The notes: generated by a model from the sequence alone, not told the origin. A stretch of DNA of 60,573 bases from an uncultured Planctomycetaceae bacterium (GCA_964417755.1 CAYQJH010000003.1:1-60573); one strand, 5' to 3'. Numbered from the stretch's first letter, positions 44,286 through 57,062 are shown. Made by a program: numbers and translations.

Positions 44286-45953
44286 TCAATGATCGTGGCT
44301 GGCGGCTTCGAGGACTTCGTGTGCCTGGAAACTGCTGCGGACAAAGGGGCCGGCAGCCACCGCGGCAAAGCCTATTTCCAGAGCCTGCAACTTCCACCGC
44401 TTGAATTGAGAAGGCGGAATATACTCCGCCACCGGCAACTTACTGGCTGAGGGACGAAGATACTGGCCGATGGTAAGAATGTCACAGCCGGCTTGGCGAA
44501 GGTCGCACATGACCTCGAGCACTTCATTGTCGCGCTCGCCCAGGCCGACCATCAGGCCGCTCTTGATGTGCGCGGTACGGTTCGCACTCTGTGCCACCTG
44601 CCGGGCACATCGCAAGACGCCGAGGCTTTGCTCATAATCCGCCTGTGGGCGAACCTGCGCGTAGAGGCGCGGCACGGTCTCGATGTTGTGGTTGAACACA
44701 TCGCAGCCGGCGCGAATTACCACTTCAACCGATTCAGCCCTGCCTTGAAAATCCGGCGTAAGAACCTCGATTGTAACGTGAGGCTTTGCGGGCGGGACGC
44801 CCGCACCACAAGCAGGCGAGACGCCTGCGCCACAATTGTGTCGAACGCCTGCACTACACCGCCGCACGGCATCGATTACCGAGGCGAATTGGCCTGCGCC
44901 GCCGTCGGGCAGGTCGTCCCGCGTGACGCTGGTGATCACCACGTGTTGCAGGTGCAGCGCCTGGCAGGCGCGGGCGACGGCGGCCGGCTCGTTGTCATCA
45001 ACCGGCTCGGGCTTGCCCTGCTGCACCGCGCAGAATTGGCACGAGCGCGTGCACGAGCGGCCGAGGATCATAAAGGCTGCCGTGCCCGCAGCCCAACAGT
45101 CCGCGCGATTGGGACAGCGAGCCTCGCCGCAAACAGTCGCCAGATTGAGGTCTCGCAAGATGCGCTCGACAGCCGGCCGGCGCGCCAACGGTGCAATCGG
45201 CTTGGCCAGCCAGGCCGGCAAACGCTGCCGTGCCGTTTGAATCCGCTGGGCACTTGTAACGGGCTGGATGGCATGACACTGTTCAACATCTTCAAAAGCA
45301 CAGGTGCGGATGGACTGAAACTGTGTCGCTTGTGCGAAGGCTTGCACTGCTGCCGAGAGCACTTGCCCAACTGCTATCGCTCTGCCGAGGATGCCCGCCA
45401 TGCTGGCGACCTTTCGGCCGCGCAGGCCGCACGGGATGATCAGGTCGAAATGATCCATCTTCGGGCAGACGTTGATCGCCAGGCCGTGATAGGCGACCCA
45501 TCGGCTGACGGCAACGCCAATGGCGGCAATCTTTCCCTGGTCTGTCCAGACGCCGGTGAGCTTGTCCATTCGCCGCCCGGCAATGTTGAATCGGTCAAGT
45601 AAGACGATGACAGCCTGCTCCAGGTTGTGAATGTATAGCCGCAGGCCGCCCCGACGGTCGATCCGCATGATCGGGTAGAGCACCAGTTGTCCCGGGCCAT
45701 GATAAGTCACGTCTCCGCCGCGTGAAGCAGGGCGAACGGAAATGCCCAGTTCCGCAAGGCGATTCGGCGAAGCCAGGATGTTTCCGTGATTCGCATTTCG
45801 CCCAAGCGTGATGATCGGCGGGACGTGCTCGACGCTCAGCAGGAATGCCCGACTAGGCTGAGCCTGTACCATACCGACCAGCCGCTGCTGGATATCAAGT
45901 GCGGCATCATAGTCCAGACGGCCCAGGGGAATGTGGATGAGTTCGTTGAGCAT
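44286..45953 (-). CDS. lipB-lipA: Fused lipoyl(octanoyl) transferase LipB - lipoyl synthase LipA
   Basis: LipB: EHVPPIITLGR, RGGDVTYHGPGQLVLYPI, KIAAIG, HGLAIN, IIPCG. LipA: VCGEARCPNRADCW (CX4CX5C), CTRSCQFC (CX3CX2C), HNIETV, KSGLMVGLGE, TIGQYL, GPFVRSS. Confidence 0.93.
   Translation of the reverse strand: MLNELIHIPLGRLDYDAALDIQQRLVGMVQAQPSRAFLLSVEHVPPIITLGRNANHGNILASPNRLAELGISVRPASRGGDVTYHGPGQLVLYPIMRIDRRGGLRLYIHNLEQAVIVLLDRFNIAGRRMDKLTGVWTDQGKIAAIGVAVSRWVAYHGLAINVCPKMDHFDLIIPCGLRGRKVASMAGILGRAIAVGQVLSAAVQAFAQATQFQSIRTCAFEDVEQCHAIQPVTSAQRIQTARQRLPAWLAKPIAPLARRPAVERILRDLNLATVCGEARCPNRADCWAAGTAAFMILGRSCTRSCQFCAVQQGKPEPVDDNEPAAVARACQALHLQHVVITSVTRDDLPDGGAGQFASVIDAVRRCSAGVRHNCGAGVSPACGAGVPPAKPHVTIEVLTPDFQGRAESVEVVIRAGCDVFNHNIETVPRLYAQVRPQADYEQSLGVLRCARQVAQSANRTAHIKSGLMVGLGERDNEVLEVMCDLRQAGCDILTIGQYLRPSASKLPVAEYIPPSQFKRWKLQALEIGFAAVAAGPFVRSSFQAHEVLEAASHDH
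44787..44858 (-). repeat. In-frame REP-like palindromic insertion in lipA (72 bp)
   Basis: TGTAGTGCAGGCGTT..., TGTGGCGCAGGCGTCTCGCCTGC and TGTGGTGCGGGCGTCCCGCCCGC encode CSAGVRHNCGAGVSPACGAGVPPA. The same element occurs intergenically at 54242 and 59233. Confidence 0.85.
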
Positions 45954-46253
45954 ATACTGCTATCCATCAATTTCTTGTCGGACAGACAAGATTTCTCGGC
46001 GGGCATACAAAACAATGCCTTAGAGGTCAAAGGCATTGTTAAGATTCCAGAGGCCTGCTCAGGAAAGCCATGCTCCAGATGGCCGGGACTTTCATCGTGC
46101 TGAGTTCAACCTATGCCCGCTGAGAACCTTCCCGTCGACTTCGCTGGCTGCGCTTTGAAGATGAAGACTTGCTTCCGCATACGACAAAAACGTGGAAGCG
46201 TGGCACCCATTTGGGGGCGCTCTCGTCAGCGGCCATTTCAATGCTTCAACTGT

Positions 46254-46640
46254 TTACCCTTGTTGTTCATTCAGGAATCGCTCGTACTGCAGGCCGTCCA
46301 TCAGGTTCTCAAGCTCGATAGGGTTCTCGGGGCGGAGCTTGACCATCCAGCCGGCACCGTACGGGTCATTGCTGATGAGCGTCAGGTTGGTGGCGACGGC
46401 CTGGTTAGTGTCGGTAACCTCGCCGGCCACCGGCGCGAATATCTCCACAGCCGCCTTCACCGACTCGATCACGCCAAGGACGCCGGCGGCAGCGAGCTTC
46501 TTGCCGACGCCGGGCAATTCCACGAACACGATGTCACCCAGTTGCTCAGCGGCATATTTGGTTATGCCCATCGTGACGACATCGCCTTCCAGGCGAACCC
46601 ACTCGTGCGTCTTGGTGTACTTCAAGTCTGTCGGGATCAT
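46254..46640 (-). CDS. gcvH: Glycine cleavage system H protein
   Basis: YTKTHEWVR, GITKYAAEQLGDIVFVELP, lipoyl-Lys motif IESVKAA, NDPYGAGW. Confidence 0.97.
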   Translation of the reverse strand: MIPTDLKYTKTHEWVRLEGDVVTMGITKYAAEQLGDIVFVELPGVGKKLAAAGVLGVIESVKAAVEIFAPVAGEVTDTNQAVATNLTLISNDPYGAGWMVKLRPENPIELENLMDGLQYERFLNEQQG

Positions 46641-46676
46641 GGTCTTCCTCTTCTATCGAAGCGAGACTGCCGCTGA

Positions 46677-47837
46677 CTATGCTTTGCTCGTAACCTGGCT
46701 ACGGTAGCGCCGACCTCGCACTTCAACTTCTACCATCTGGCCGCTGCCAAGGCGGCTGTCGATCAGTGCCAGTGCAATTGCTCGTAGCTCTATTCGGCCG
46801 CTTTGCCAGACCGGGATAGCTGTGCCGCTGGTAACATAGCCAACCGGTTCTTGCCCATTGTAGACGGCTGAGCCACGGCGAGCGACAGCCTTATCCAGAA
46901 GCACCAATGGCATGATCCTCCGCGGCAGGCTGGCCAGCAGCGAGTAATCGCCGATGGCCAGACGGCGGAAGGCCTCGTGCTGCCGGGCCAGTGCCTCGCG
47001 GCCTACGAAGTTGCCCTTCTGTGGCGAGAAGCTGACGGCGAATTTCGCCAGGCTGCACGCGAAGATCGGAATCTCATTGCCCTCAAGATCGTTGCCAAGC
47101 TCGTGGCCATAAAGAGGCAGGCCTGCCTCCAGGCGCAGGGTATCGCGTGCGCCCAGGCCTACCGGCGCCGCACCGCGGGCAACGAGCAGGTCCCAGATAT
47201 CGCCGGCCTTTTCCGGAGGGATGAACAATTCAAAGCCGACCTTCTCGCCCGCGTAGCCAGTCCTGCCGGCCTGCACGCGCGTGCCGGCAATGGCCATAGT
47301 GCCCAGGTCGTTCCGCCGTGGCCCGATAGCCAGCTCATGACCATCGGCAATGTCTGTCAATATCTGGGCCGATGCCGGCCCCTGGAGCGAGATCATCGCC
47401 ATGTCGGCTGAGCGGTCGAGCATCTGCACGTCGCCGAAGCCCTCCATCAGCTTGCCAAAGTGCTGCAAATCCTTCGCTCGATTGGCTGCGTTGACCACCA
47501 GCAGGTATTCATCTTCGGCAAACCGGTAGAGGTACGCATCATCAACCGCGCCGCCGGAGGCAGTGGGAATCAGCGTGTACTGAGCTCGCCCAAGTTCCAG
47601 TGCCGCGGCGTCATTGGTCAGCGAGTGCTGGAGGAACCGCAGGGCATCGCCCCCGCGAAAGACGAGCCTGCCCATGTGCGAAACATCAAACAGGCCCGCG
47701 GCGCGGCGGGTCTGGAGATGTTCCTGAATGATGCCGCTGGAATACTGCAGCGGCATCTCCCAGCCGGCAAAGTCGACCATCTTTCCGCCACAGCGGATGT
47801 GATGGTCATACAGAACTGTCCGCACCAATTGGGCCAT
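46677..47837 (-). CDS. gcvT: Glycine cleavage system T protein (aminomethyltransferase)
   Basis: MVDFAGWEMPLQY, GLFDVSHMG, LLVVNAAN, SLQGP, RTGYAGE..GFE, GLGARDTLRLEAGLPLYGHE. Confidence 0.95.
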   Translation of the reverse strand: MAQLVRTVLYDHHIRCGGKMVDFAGWEMPLQYSSGIIQEHLQTRRAAGLFDVSHMGRLVFRGGDALRFLQHSLTNDAAALELGRAQYTLIPTASGGAVDDAYLYRFAEDEYLLVVNAANRAKDLQHFGKLMEGFGDVQMLDRSADMAMISLQGPASAQILTDIADGHELAIGPRRNDLGTMAIAGTRVQAGRTGYAGEKVGFELFIPPEKAGDIWDLLVARGAAPVGLGARDTLRLEAGLPLYGHELGNDLEGNEIPIFACSLAKFAVSFSPQKGNFVGREALARQHEAFRRLAIGDYSLLASLPRRIMPLVLLDKAVARRGSAVYNGQEPVGYVTSGTAIPVWQSGRIELRAIALALIDSRLGSGQMVEVEVRGRRYRSQVTSKA

Positions 47838-47840
47838 GTC

Positions 47841-49970
47841 CTATCCACCCAGGTTCAGCCTGCGGAACGTGTCCTGGAACGATCGCAGGATGTGCTGGGG
47901 CAGGTTGCCGCCAGTGTTGGCTGCCTGGCGGAAGAAATCCAGCGCAGCCTGGCTGACATCTTTGAGCGGTTCCTTGCGGATCAGCCTGGCGGGCGGATCC
48001 GTCCACTTGCCTTTGACGTGCAGTCGAATCAGATGATCGTGAAGATTAACAAACAGGTTCGCCAGGGGCAGGTCCAGCAGCAGGCCCTTGACCCGCCGCA
48101 GCGGCACAGCCACCGCGTAAAGGTCGACCTCTTGCGTCTGAAGATTCACCTTTCCGCCGCGTTCGACCTCGATGGCTGCCAGCGGGTTGGTCAGTTCGCC
48201 ACGATTGATGGTCACTTCCGCGCCGGCCATCTCGATGACTCCGGCAACGTCCGTCATGCTGAGGTCCTGCCCGCTAAGCAGGCCAAGCATGTCGTAAATC
48301 TGCGGCAGCACCGGCAGGTTGATCAGATTCGCATCGGTCAATTGCACCAGGCCGCTGGCCCGCAGCGTATCCCAATCGCCGGCGCGAAAGCTGAAGTTGC
48401 CCTTGGCATCGAGAGTGCCCTGGTGGATCTTCTGCTGCGGGAAGAATTCCTCCGAAAGCTCCGAGAGGCTCACGTGCGAGAGGCCAAGCTCGCCGGCCAG
48501 CGCGGCTGGCGCATGCTCTTTCTGGCGACCTGTTGAGATGCTGATGGAGCCGCTGGCCTTGCCGCCGAAGGCGTCGGCCTGCATTACTTGCAGACTCACG
48601 ATGCCTTCGCCCAGAACCAGCCTGGCGTTTATGTTCTCTAACCTGGAGGCGGTGCCGCCGCGGGCTGTCCAATCGCTCAGCAGCACCTGGCCGGTGGGGA
48701 TGAGCGAATTGGCATCGCCCAGCCTGCCGTCAATCCGCAGGTTCATCCGACAACTGCCCTGTGCACTGCGAAGCCAGGGCACGGAAAACATTCTTGTGCA
48801 TGCCTGCACGTGGCGCGGGGTGGCCCGGTAGTCGCCCTCAAGAGACAACTTCAGCGCCAAGTCGTCGATTCCAAGCTGGCCGCTTCCGCGCAAGCCGCCT
48901 TCCCGCCGGCCCGCCTGGGCGAGCGTCAGCAGCAATTGACGATCTTGCCGGGCAGCCTGAAGGTCCAGGTCCGTGATTGCCTGCACATCTTTGTATGGCC
49001 CGCGGACGGCCTCCAGGATTACCGAAATCCCGCTCAAGTCCAGTGACTGCGGGTCGAAGACGCTCTGCAACTGGGCCAGATTGAATTGAATCTTGCTCGC
49101 GGCGGCATAATCTTCTTGTGCGCCGGCTGGGCCATGCCCCGCCGGCGCGGGCAAGAGGAGCCTTCGTCCGATGTGGATGTCCAGCCCGCGGCCACGGACT
49201 TGCCGCACCTGTGACGAAGACCATGGCTCGCCTGCTGTTGCCAGATGGAGTTGTTCGAACCGGAAGGCGAAGTCCTCGCCGTGCGTCAGTGCCAAGCTAG
49301 TCAATGCAAAGCCACTGCGGTCAGCCTCGATATGCGGGCAGTCAATATCCAGGCCTTGCACCCCGATATGCAGATCATCCACGCTCAGGCGATCTGACTT
49401 ATACCGGCCTGCCAGGCGCACGCCAGAGACCATCGGCTGGCCACCCTGGCTATTGCGTAGACTTTGCGAGACATCGATGAGATATGCCCCTTGTTCCTTT
49501 CGAACGGCGAAATCCACGCCAGATAGCAGCAGCGAGGGACCTTCAGTGCGATGCAGAACGGCGCTTAGTCCGTTCATCTTGAGCGTTCTGAGGTCGATTC
49601 GCGCAGGCTCCTGGGCGGCCTCCTGTCCGGCCTCGGCAGAAGGCTGCTTCAGAGGCGACTTGCCTGCATCTGCCGCGTAATAGTCAACCTGCAGCCCCTG
49701 GGCGGTTATACCCGTCAACGCTGGACTGCCCGAAAGGATATTCTCCAAGTCCAGCTCCAGATCATGCACCAGCAGCCAGTGCCGCCCCTGCTGATCGACA
49801 AGCTCGAAATCCTGCAGGTTCACGCTGCCAAGCCAGCCGACACTGACGCTGGCGGCGCGAACCGCCCCATCCCACTGCTGGCTCACCTGCGCGTGAATCT
49901 GCCGCCAGGCATAGCGGGGGGCGACGTAAAACTTCACCAGGCAGACAGCAGTGACGAGCAACGCAGCCAT
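47841..49970 (-). CDS. AsmA-like family protein
   Basis: N-terminal TM anchor and beta-rich body. The C-terminal 'DAFGGKASGSI...GTLDAKG...SGLVQLTDANL...GGKVNL..Q.VDL...LHVKGKWTDP' resembles the AsmA-like C-terminal region. The true start may be slightly upstream (open frame RRIRRLAIV). Confidence 0.7.
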   Translation of the reverse strand: MAALLVTAVCLVKFYVAPRYAWRQIHAQVSQQWDGAVRAASVSVGWLGSVNLQDFELVDQQGRHWLLVHDLELDLENILSGSPALTGITAQGLQVDYYAADAGKSPLKQPSAEAGQEAAQEPARIDLRTLKMNGLSAVLHRTEGPSLLLSGVDFAVRKEQGAYLIDVSQSLRNSQGGQPMVSGVRLAGRYKSDRLSVDDLHIGVQGLDIDCPHIEADRSGFALTSLALTHGEDFAFRFEQLHLATAGEPWSSSQVRQVRGRGLDIHIGRRLLLPAPAGHGPAGAQEDYAAASKIQFNLAQLQSVFDPQSLDLSGISVILEAVRGPYKDVQAITDLDLQAARQDRQLLLTLAQAGRREGGLRGSGQLGIDDLALKLSLEGDYRATPRHVQACTRMFSVPWLRSAQGSCRMNLRIDGRLGDANSLIPTGQVLLSDWTARGGTASRLENINARLVLGEGIVSLQVMQADAFGGKASGSISISTGRQKEHAPAALAGELGLSHVSLSELSEEFFPQQKIHQGTLDAKGNFSFRAGDWDTLRASGLVQLTDANLINLPVLPQIYDMLGLLSGQDLSMTDVAGVIEMAGAEVTINRGELTNPLAAIEVERGGKVNLQTQEVDLYAVAVPLRRVKGLLLDLPLANLFVNLHDHLIRLHVKGKWTDPPARLIRKEPLKDVSQAALDFFRQAANTGGNLPQHILRSFQDTFRRLNLGG

Positions 49971-50163
49971 TACGATGGCCAGTCGCCTTATCCGCCCTGT
50001 TCGAGAATGTGAAGTTGGCGAGATAACGTGTCTCCTTCTTCCACGAGAAGAATCCTACACAGTTTATGCGCAACAATGCCTTTGACCTCAAAGACTTTGT
50101 CTGTATGCCTGCCAAGGAATCTTCCAGGCTGGACAAGAAATGACAGATGCAATATCGCGGAGT

Positions 50164-50943
50164 CTACTTGTTCAGGTATTCCCACGCCCGCTGGAAGAAC
50201 AGGCAGCCGTCGGCTCGCTTGACCTTGCCGGCAGTCCAGCGCGGGTGCTGCGTGACGTCCACGAACCGCTCCGGGTGCGGCATCAGGCCCATGATTCTGC
50301 CCGTGGGGTCGCATATCCCGGCGATGTCGTCAATCGAGCCGTTGGGATTGATCGGGAACGGCCCGCTGTTGCCGGCCTCATCCACGTAGCGCAGGGCCAC
50401 CTGGTCATTCTGGCGAATCTGCTCCAGCACAGCCTGGTCGCGCGGGACGAACTTGCCTTCGCCGTGGGCCATCGGCAGCGTGATGATCTCGCCTTTGGGC
50501 AGGAAGACGCACTTGTCGCTGTCGCTACGCATGTGGATCCATCGGACCTCGAACCGCCCGATGTCGTTCCAGGCAAGCGTCGCGTCGCGGTGAGCGATGG
50601 CTGACTCGACTTTCGCCCATGGCAGCAGGCCGCTCTTGACCATCACCTGAAAGCCGTTGCAGATGCCCAGGGCCAGCTTGCCGGCTGCGATGAACTCGTT
50701 CAGCGGCTCAGCCAGCCGGTGCAGCATCTGGTTGGCGAGGATCTTGCCCGAGGCAATGTCATCGCCATAGCTGAAGCCGCCCGGAAAAACCAGGAACTGG
50801 AATTGCCGCAACTGCTCCGGCTGCTCCATCAGCCGAAAGACGTGCAGCCGCTGCGTCTCGAAACCCGCCTGCTGAAGGGCGAATTCGGTTTCGACATCGC
50901 AGTTGGTCCCGGCTGATCGTATGACTAATGCTTTTGCTGGCAT
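50164..50943 (-). CDS. purQ: FGAM synthase glutamine amidotransferase subunit
   Basis: AGTNCD, PGGFSYGD, GICNGFQ (catalytic Cys), AHGEG, NPNGS, MPHPE. Confidence 0.95.
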   Translation of the reverse strand: MPAKALVIRSAGTNCDVETEFALQQAGFETQRLHVFRLMEQPEQLRQFQFLVFPGGFSYGDDIASGKILANQMLHRLAEPLNEFIAAGKLALGICNGFQVMVKSGLLPWAKVESAIAHRDATLAWNDIGRFEVRWIHMRSDSDKCVFLPKGEIITLPMAHGEGKFVPRDQAVLEQIRQNDQVALRYVDEAGNSGPFPINPNGSIDDIAGICDPTGRIMGLMPHPERFVDVTQHPRWTAGKVKRADGCLFFQRAWEYLNK

Positions 50944-50983
50944 CGGAAACCTCTGAAAACGGCATGTGAAATCTTGAACGGCA

Positions 50984-51009
50984 TCTGAAATTTGAAATTT
51001 GGAATTTCA
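50984..51009. repeat. Short AT-rich repeat (TGAAATT units), related to 55776-55790
   Basis: TCTGAAATTTGAAATTTGGAATTTCA. A reverse-complement relative ATTTCAAATTTCGGA lies at 55776. Both are next to TTGAACGGCA. Confidence 0.45.
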
Positions 51010-51032
51010 TATCAGCCGCCATGGGCGGCCCT

Positions 51033-54038
<3,006 letters not shown>

Positions 54039-54065
54039 CTAGCCAAGTCCGTTCCATTCGTTTGG

Positions 54066-54311
54066 TGTTGCGGGCGTCTTGCCCGCGCGTAACGCCAATG
54101 CTTGCGCCCCATCTGGTAAAGAACTCATGAGGGGCGGAAAAGGAGATTTTAGCGAACTGCCCCCCGATAGACAATCACATAAGCAGCCACGGCGTAATGC
54201 CGCAGTCACAGGACAAACATTGGAAGGGCCGTTGCCGTTGTTGTGGTGCAGGCGTCTCGCCTGCAGATCTTGATCGTGCGGACGGCATGCAGCCGAGACG
54301 CCCGCACCACA
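54066..54311. repeat. Cluster of REP-like palindromes (TGTGGTGCRGGCGTCTCGCC family)
   Basis: Copies at 54066-54086, 54242-54265 and, inverted, 54289-54311 (a BIME-like pair). Confidence 0.8.
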
Positions 54312-54452
54312 AACAGCTACGGCCTGTCAGCCTTTGCCCTCATGACTGGGGCTATTGCATCTTCGTGTCGCGGACATTCGCAAGCGGGCCGCGGAAAACA
54401 TGGGGCCCAGAATTCTCAGCTTACCCGGCGGCATCAATACGAAAACTGGAGG

Positions 54453-54896
54453 CTATTCAAACATCTTTCCGGACTGCTTTGGTGCACATTCCTTCAACAT
54501 ACGTAGGATATTCACCAACATTATGACCGTAATCATCAATAGCAAGAACAGCCATTTGACTTGGGAACCGCCCCAATTGAATTCCCATTGCGGAATCCTT
54601 CCGCTAGCGCTGTCGATCATGTTTCCAACATAGCGTGCGTGCGGACAGACGGCGATAAACACAACAGGTATCAGCCAAGCGTATTTAAGATGATAATCAG
54701 GAAACAGGACTCGCATTGCCTTGTATATGCGATACAGGATGACGGAGGCGACAATCAGTAAGACTCCGACACCACCACCCATTCCAGGAAAGTCCCAGCT
54801 CCAATCATGACCATTGAATTGAAGTTCAGTGCAAGCAGCAGCAATAAGCACTAACAGAAGGCCCTTGCCCAAAGACTTGCCCATGAGTGATCCCAT
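54453..54896 (-). CDS. Hypothetical membrane protein (about 4 TM), lower GC
   Basis: Hydrophobic segments GLLLVLIAAAC, GVGVLLIVASVILY, AWLIPVVFIAVC and WLFLLLMITVIMLVNIL. The start is ambiguous (54911, 54896 or 54884). Confidence 0.5.
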   Translation of the reverse strand: MGSLMGKSLGKGLLLVLIAAACTELQFNGHDWSWDFPGMGGGVGVLLIVASVILYRIYKAMRVLFPDYHLKYAWLIPVVFIAVCPHARYVGNMIDSASGRIPQWEFNWGGSQVKWLFLLLMITVIMLVNILRMLKECAPKQSGKMFE

Positions 54897-55029
54897 TCTG
54901 GCACCTTTCATGCTCGCCGTATGGAAAACATGGACGCACCCGATCGTGTTCGGAATACAGATTGAACCACAATGTCCAGCCGCCGTCAACGTGGTTGCTG
55001 CGAAGCATGCCATCGTCGCGAGAATACAA

Positions 55030-55178
55030 CATGCTTCCGCACACAACGCGGAAGCATGGCACCCCGATCTGTCGTTGTGCGCATAAAGAATGCGGCGGGA
55101 GTTATGCCCGCCGCATTCACGAGACAACGCATATCTTCATCCGCTAGCCGGCGTTCCGCAGTTATGGCGGCGCCGGCT
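55030..55178. repeat. Three hairpins (REP/terminator-like)
   Basis: CATGCTTCCGC-N7-GCGGAAGCATG+GCACCC (55030-55064); GAATGCGGCGGG-AGTTATG-CCCGCCGCATTC (55088-55118); AGCCGGCG..CCGC-AGTTATG-GCGGCGCCGGCT (55146-55178). Confidence 0.75.
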
Positions 55179-55195
55179 GCGGTTAGAGAGCTATT

Positions 55196-55588
55196 TCACG
55201 CCGAGCGACGCGTCTTGCGGGCGCGCCTGCCGCCGGCGGCGTTTTCCAAGGCCGTCACCATGGCAACCTGCAAGTCATGCGTATGGAAGATCGGCTTCAT
55301 CAGGATGTCGTCGCCGCCCTTTTGCCACGCCCGCCAGACACAGTCGTACTGGTCCAGCCGGCCTGCCAGCACGATGGCTGGGCGATTCGGCAGCTTGTTG
55401 ATGGCCTCCAGCATGCCCTTTTCCGCCAGCTCGGCCGAGAGGATCACCAGCTCGCACTGCCAGTGCTCGATGGTGGCCAGGGCTTCCTTGGGCTTGGGCT
55501 GATGCACGACCAGGTGGGCCTTGGATTCGAGGTACTCGCCAGCCTGCTGTGCAAAACGCCAATCATTGTCCGCGATCAAAACCTTCAT
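55196..55588 (-). CDS. Single-domain response regulator with an atypical receiver
   Basis: MKVLIADND...CELVILSAEL...PAIVLAG...GGDDILMKP. RBS AAAGGA 8 nt before the ATG at 55588. Confidence 0.8.
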   Translation of the reverse strand: MKVLIADNDWRFAQQAGEYLESKAHLVVHQPKPKEALATIEHWQCELVILSAELAEKGMLEAINKLPNRPAIVLAGRLDQYDCVWRAWQKGGDDILMKPIFHTHDLQVAMVTALENAAGGRRARKTRRSA

Positions 55589-55775
55589 GACAGCCATCCT
55601 TTCGCCAACTTGTAAGAGCGAGATGAGTTCTATGAACATTTCTATCGGCACTATATCCGCGCGACCTGAATATCAATTGGCCAGACAACAACATCTGACT
55701 GCAAATATCGCGTTTTCAGGGTTTTCCCGGCGCGAGGGGCCTGATGGCCGCCTATGAAATGATTTAAAATCTCGG

Positions 55776-55923
55776 ATTTCAAATTTCGGATTGAACGGCA
55801 ACGACATGACTTCATTTCGCACGCTTCCGCTGAAGACCCGCAACAGCCGTTGTCGCTTGCCGCGCCCCGAATTCTGAAGTCTTTTGCCGCTTTCTGTTCT
55901 TCGTGTCTTCGTGTCGTTGTGGT
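55776..55923. repeat. Short intergenic repeats downstream of nadA
   Basis: ATTTCAAATTTCGGATTGAACGGCAACG and the tandem CTTCGTGT-CTTCGTGT-CGTTGTGGT (55899-55923). Confidence 0.4.
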
Positions 55924-57062
55924 TAAAGTCGTTCCGTTGCGTCTGTCTGGGCCTTGATGCCTATCATCCGTTCCAGGGCGATGCGGGCCTGGCTGGCTGT
56001 CTCCGCCGGCACGCTCACGCGGTTGACCATCTGGCCTTGGGCTATGCCGTCAAGCACCCACAGCAGGTGCCCAAGCGTGATGCGGGCCATCTGCGTGCAA
56101 TGCGCACGGCGGTTGCCCAGCAGGCGAACCGTCTTGTTCGAGTGCCGCCTGGCCAGCCGGCTGACAAGGTTCGCCTCGGTGCCGATGGCCCACTGGCTGC
56201 CTGAAGGCGAGTCGTCGACGGCCTTGATGATCTGTTCGGTGCTGCCGGCCTGATCGGCTGCGGCTACCACTTCATGAGAGCATTCGGGATGAACGATTAC
56301 GCGCACAGCCGCCATGGCAGACCGCGCGGCGCCAATATCCTGCGGGCGAAAAACCTGGTGAACGTAGCACTGGCCTTGCCACAGGATGAACTTGGCGTCG
56401 GCCAATGCCTGGCGGTCCAGGCCGCCGCATTGAAGCTTCGGATCGTACAGAACGCACTGCCGCGGCGAATAGCCCAAGGCGATGGCAGTGTTTCGGCCGA
56501 GATGTTCATCCGGGATGGCGAAGATCTTGTCCGCGCCGGCTCCGCCGCGGTCGGCCGGGGCCAGCGCCCACCTGAAGACATTGGCGACGTTGCTCGACGT
56601 ACAACATGCCCCGCCGAACCGCGCGGTGACAGCCTTGGCTGAGGCAGTGGAATTCACGTAAGTGATCGGGACGATCCTGGCCCCGCCAGAGAGTTCCTGC
56701 ACTTCCTCCATGGCTGACTGCATCGCGGCATCGTCGGCCATGTCGGCCATCGCACAGCCGGCAAGCATATTCGGCAGGCATACCGCCTGCTGCGGCGAGG
56801 TGAGGATCTCGGCGGACTCAGCCATGAAATGCACGCCGCAGAAGACAATGAACCGGGCCTGTTTCTGCGAGGCTGCGTACTGCGAGAGCTTCAGGCTGTC
56901 GCCGACGACGTCGGCGAATTCGATAACCTCATCCCGCTGATAATGATGCCCCAGGATGCAAAGGCTGTCGGCAAGGGCCGCCTTCCGCGCGGCCACGCGC
57001 CGGCGCAGGGCCTGACTGTCCAGTTGCAGATATTGCTCAGGCAATGAAAGAGTCTGGCTCAT
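55923..57062 (-). CDS. nadA: Quinolinate synthase
   Basis: ILGHHYQRDEVIEFAD, FCGVHFMAE, AGCAMADM, YVNSTA, CTSSN, PDEHLGRN, GQCYVH, HPEC, IGTE, C.QM. Confidence 0.95.
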   Translation of the reverse strand: MSQTLSLPEQYLQLDSQALRRRVAARKAALADSLCILGHHYQRDEVIEFADVVGDSLKLSQYAASQKQARFIVFCGVHFMAESAEILTSPQQAVCLPNMLAGCAMADMADDAAMQSAMEEVQELSGGARIVPITYVNSTASAKAVTARFGGACCTSSNVANVFRWALAPADRGGAGADKIFAIPDEHLGRNTAIALGYSPRQCVLYDPKLQCGGLDRQALADAKFILWQGQCYVHQVFRPQDIGAARSAMAAVRVIVHPECSHEVVAAADQAGSTEQIIKAVDDSPSGSQWAIGTEANLVSRLARRHSNKTVRLLGNRRAHCTQMARITLGHLLWVLDGIAQGQMVNRVSVPAETASQARIALERMIGIKAQTDATERL

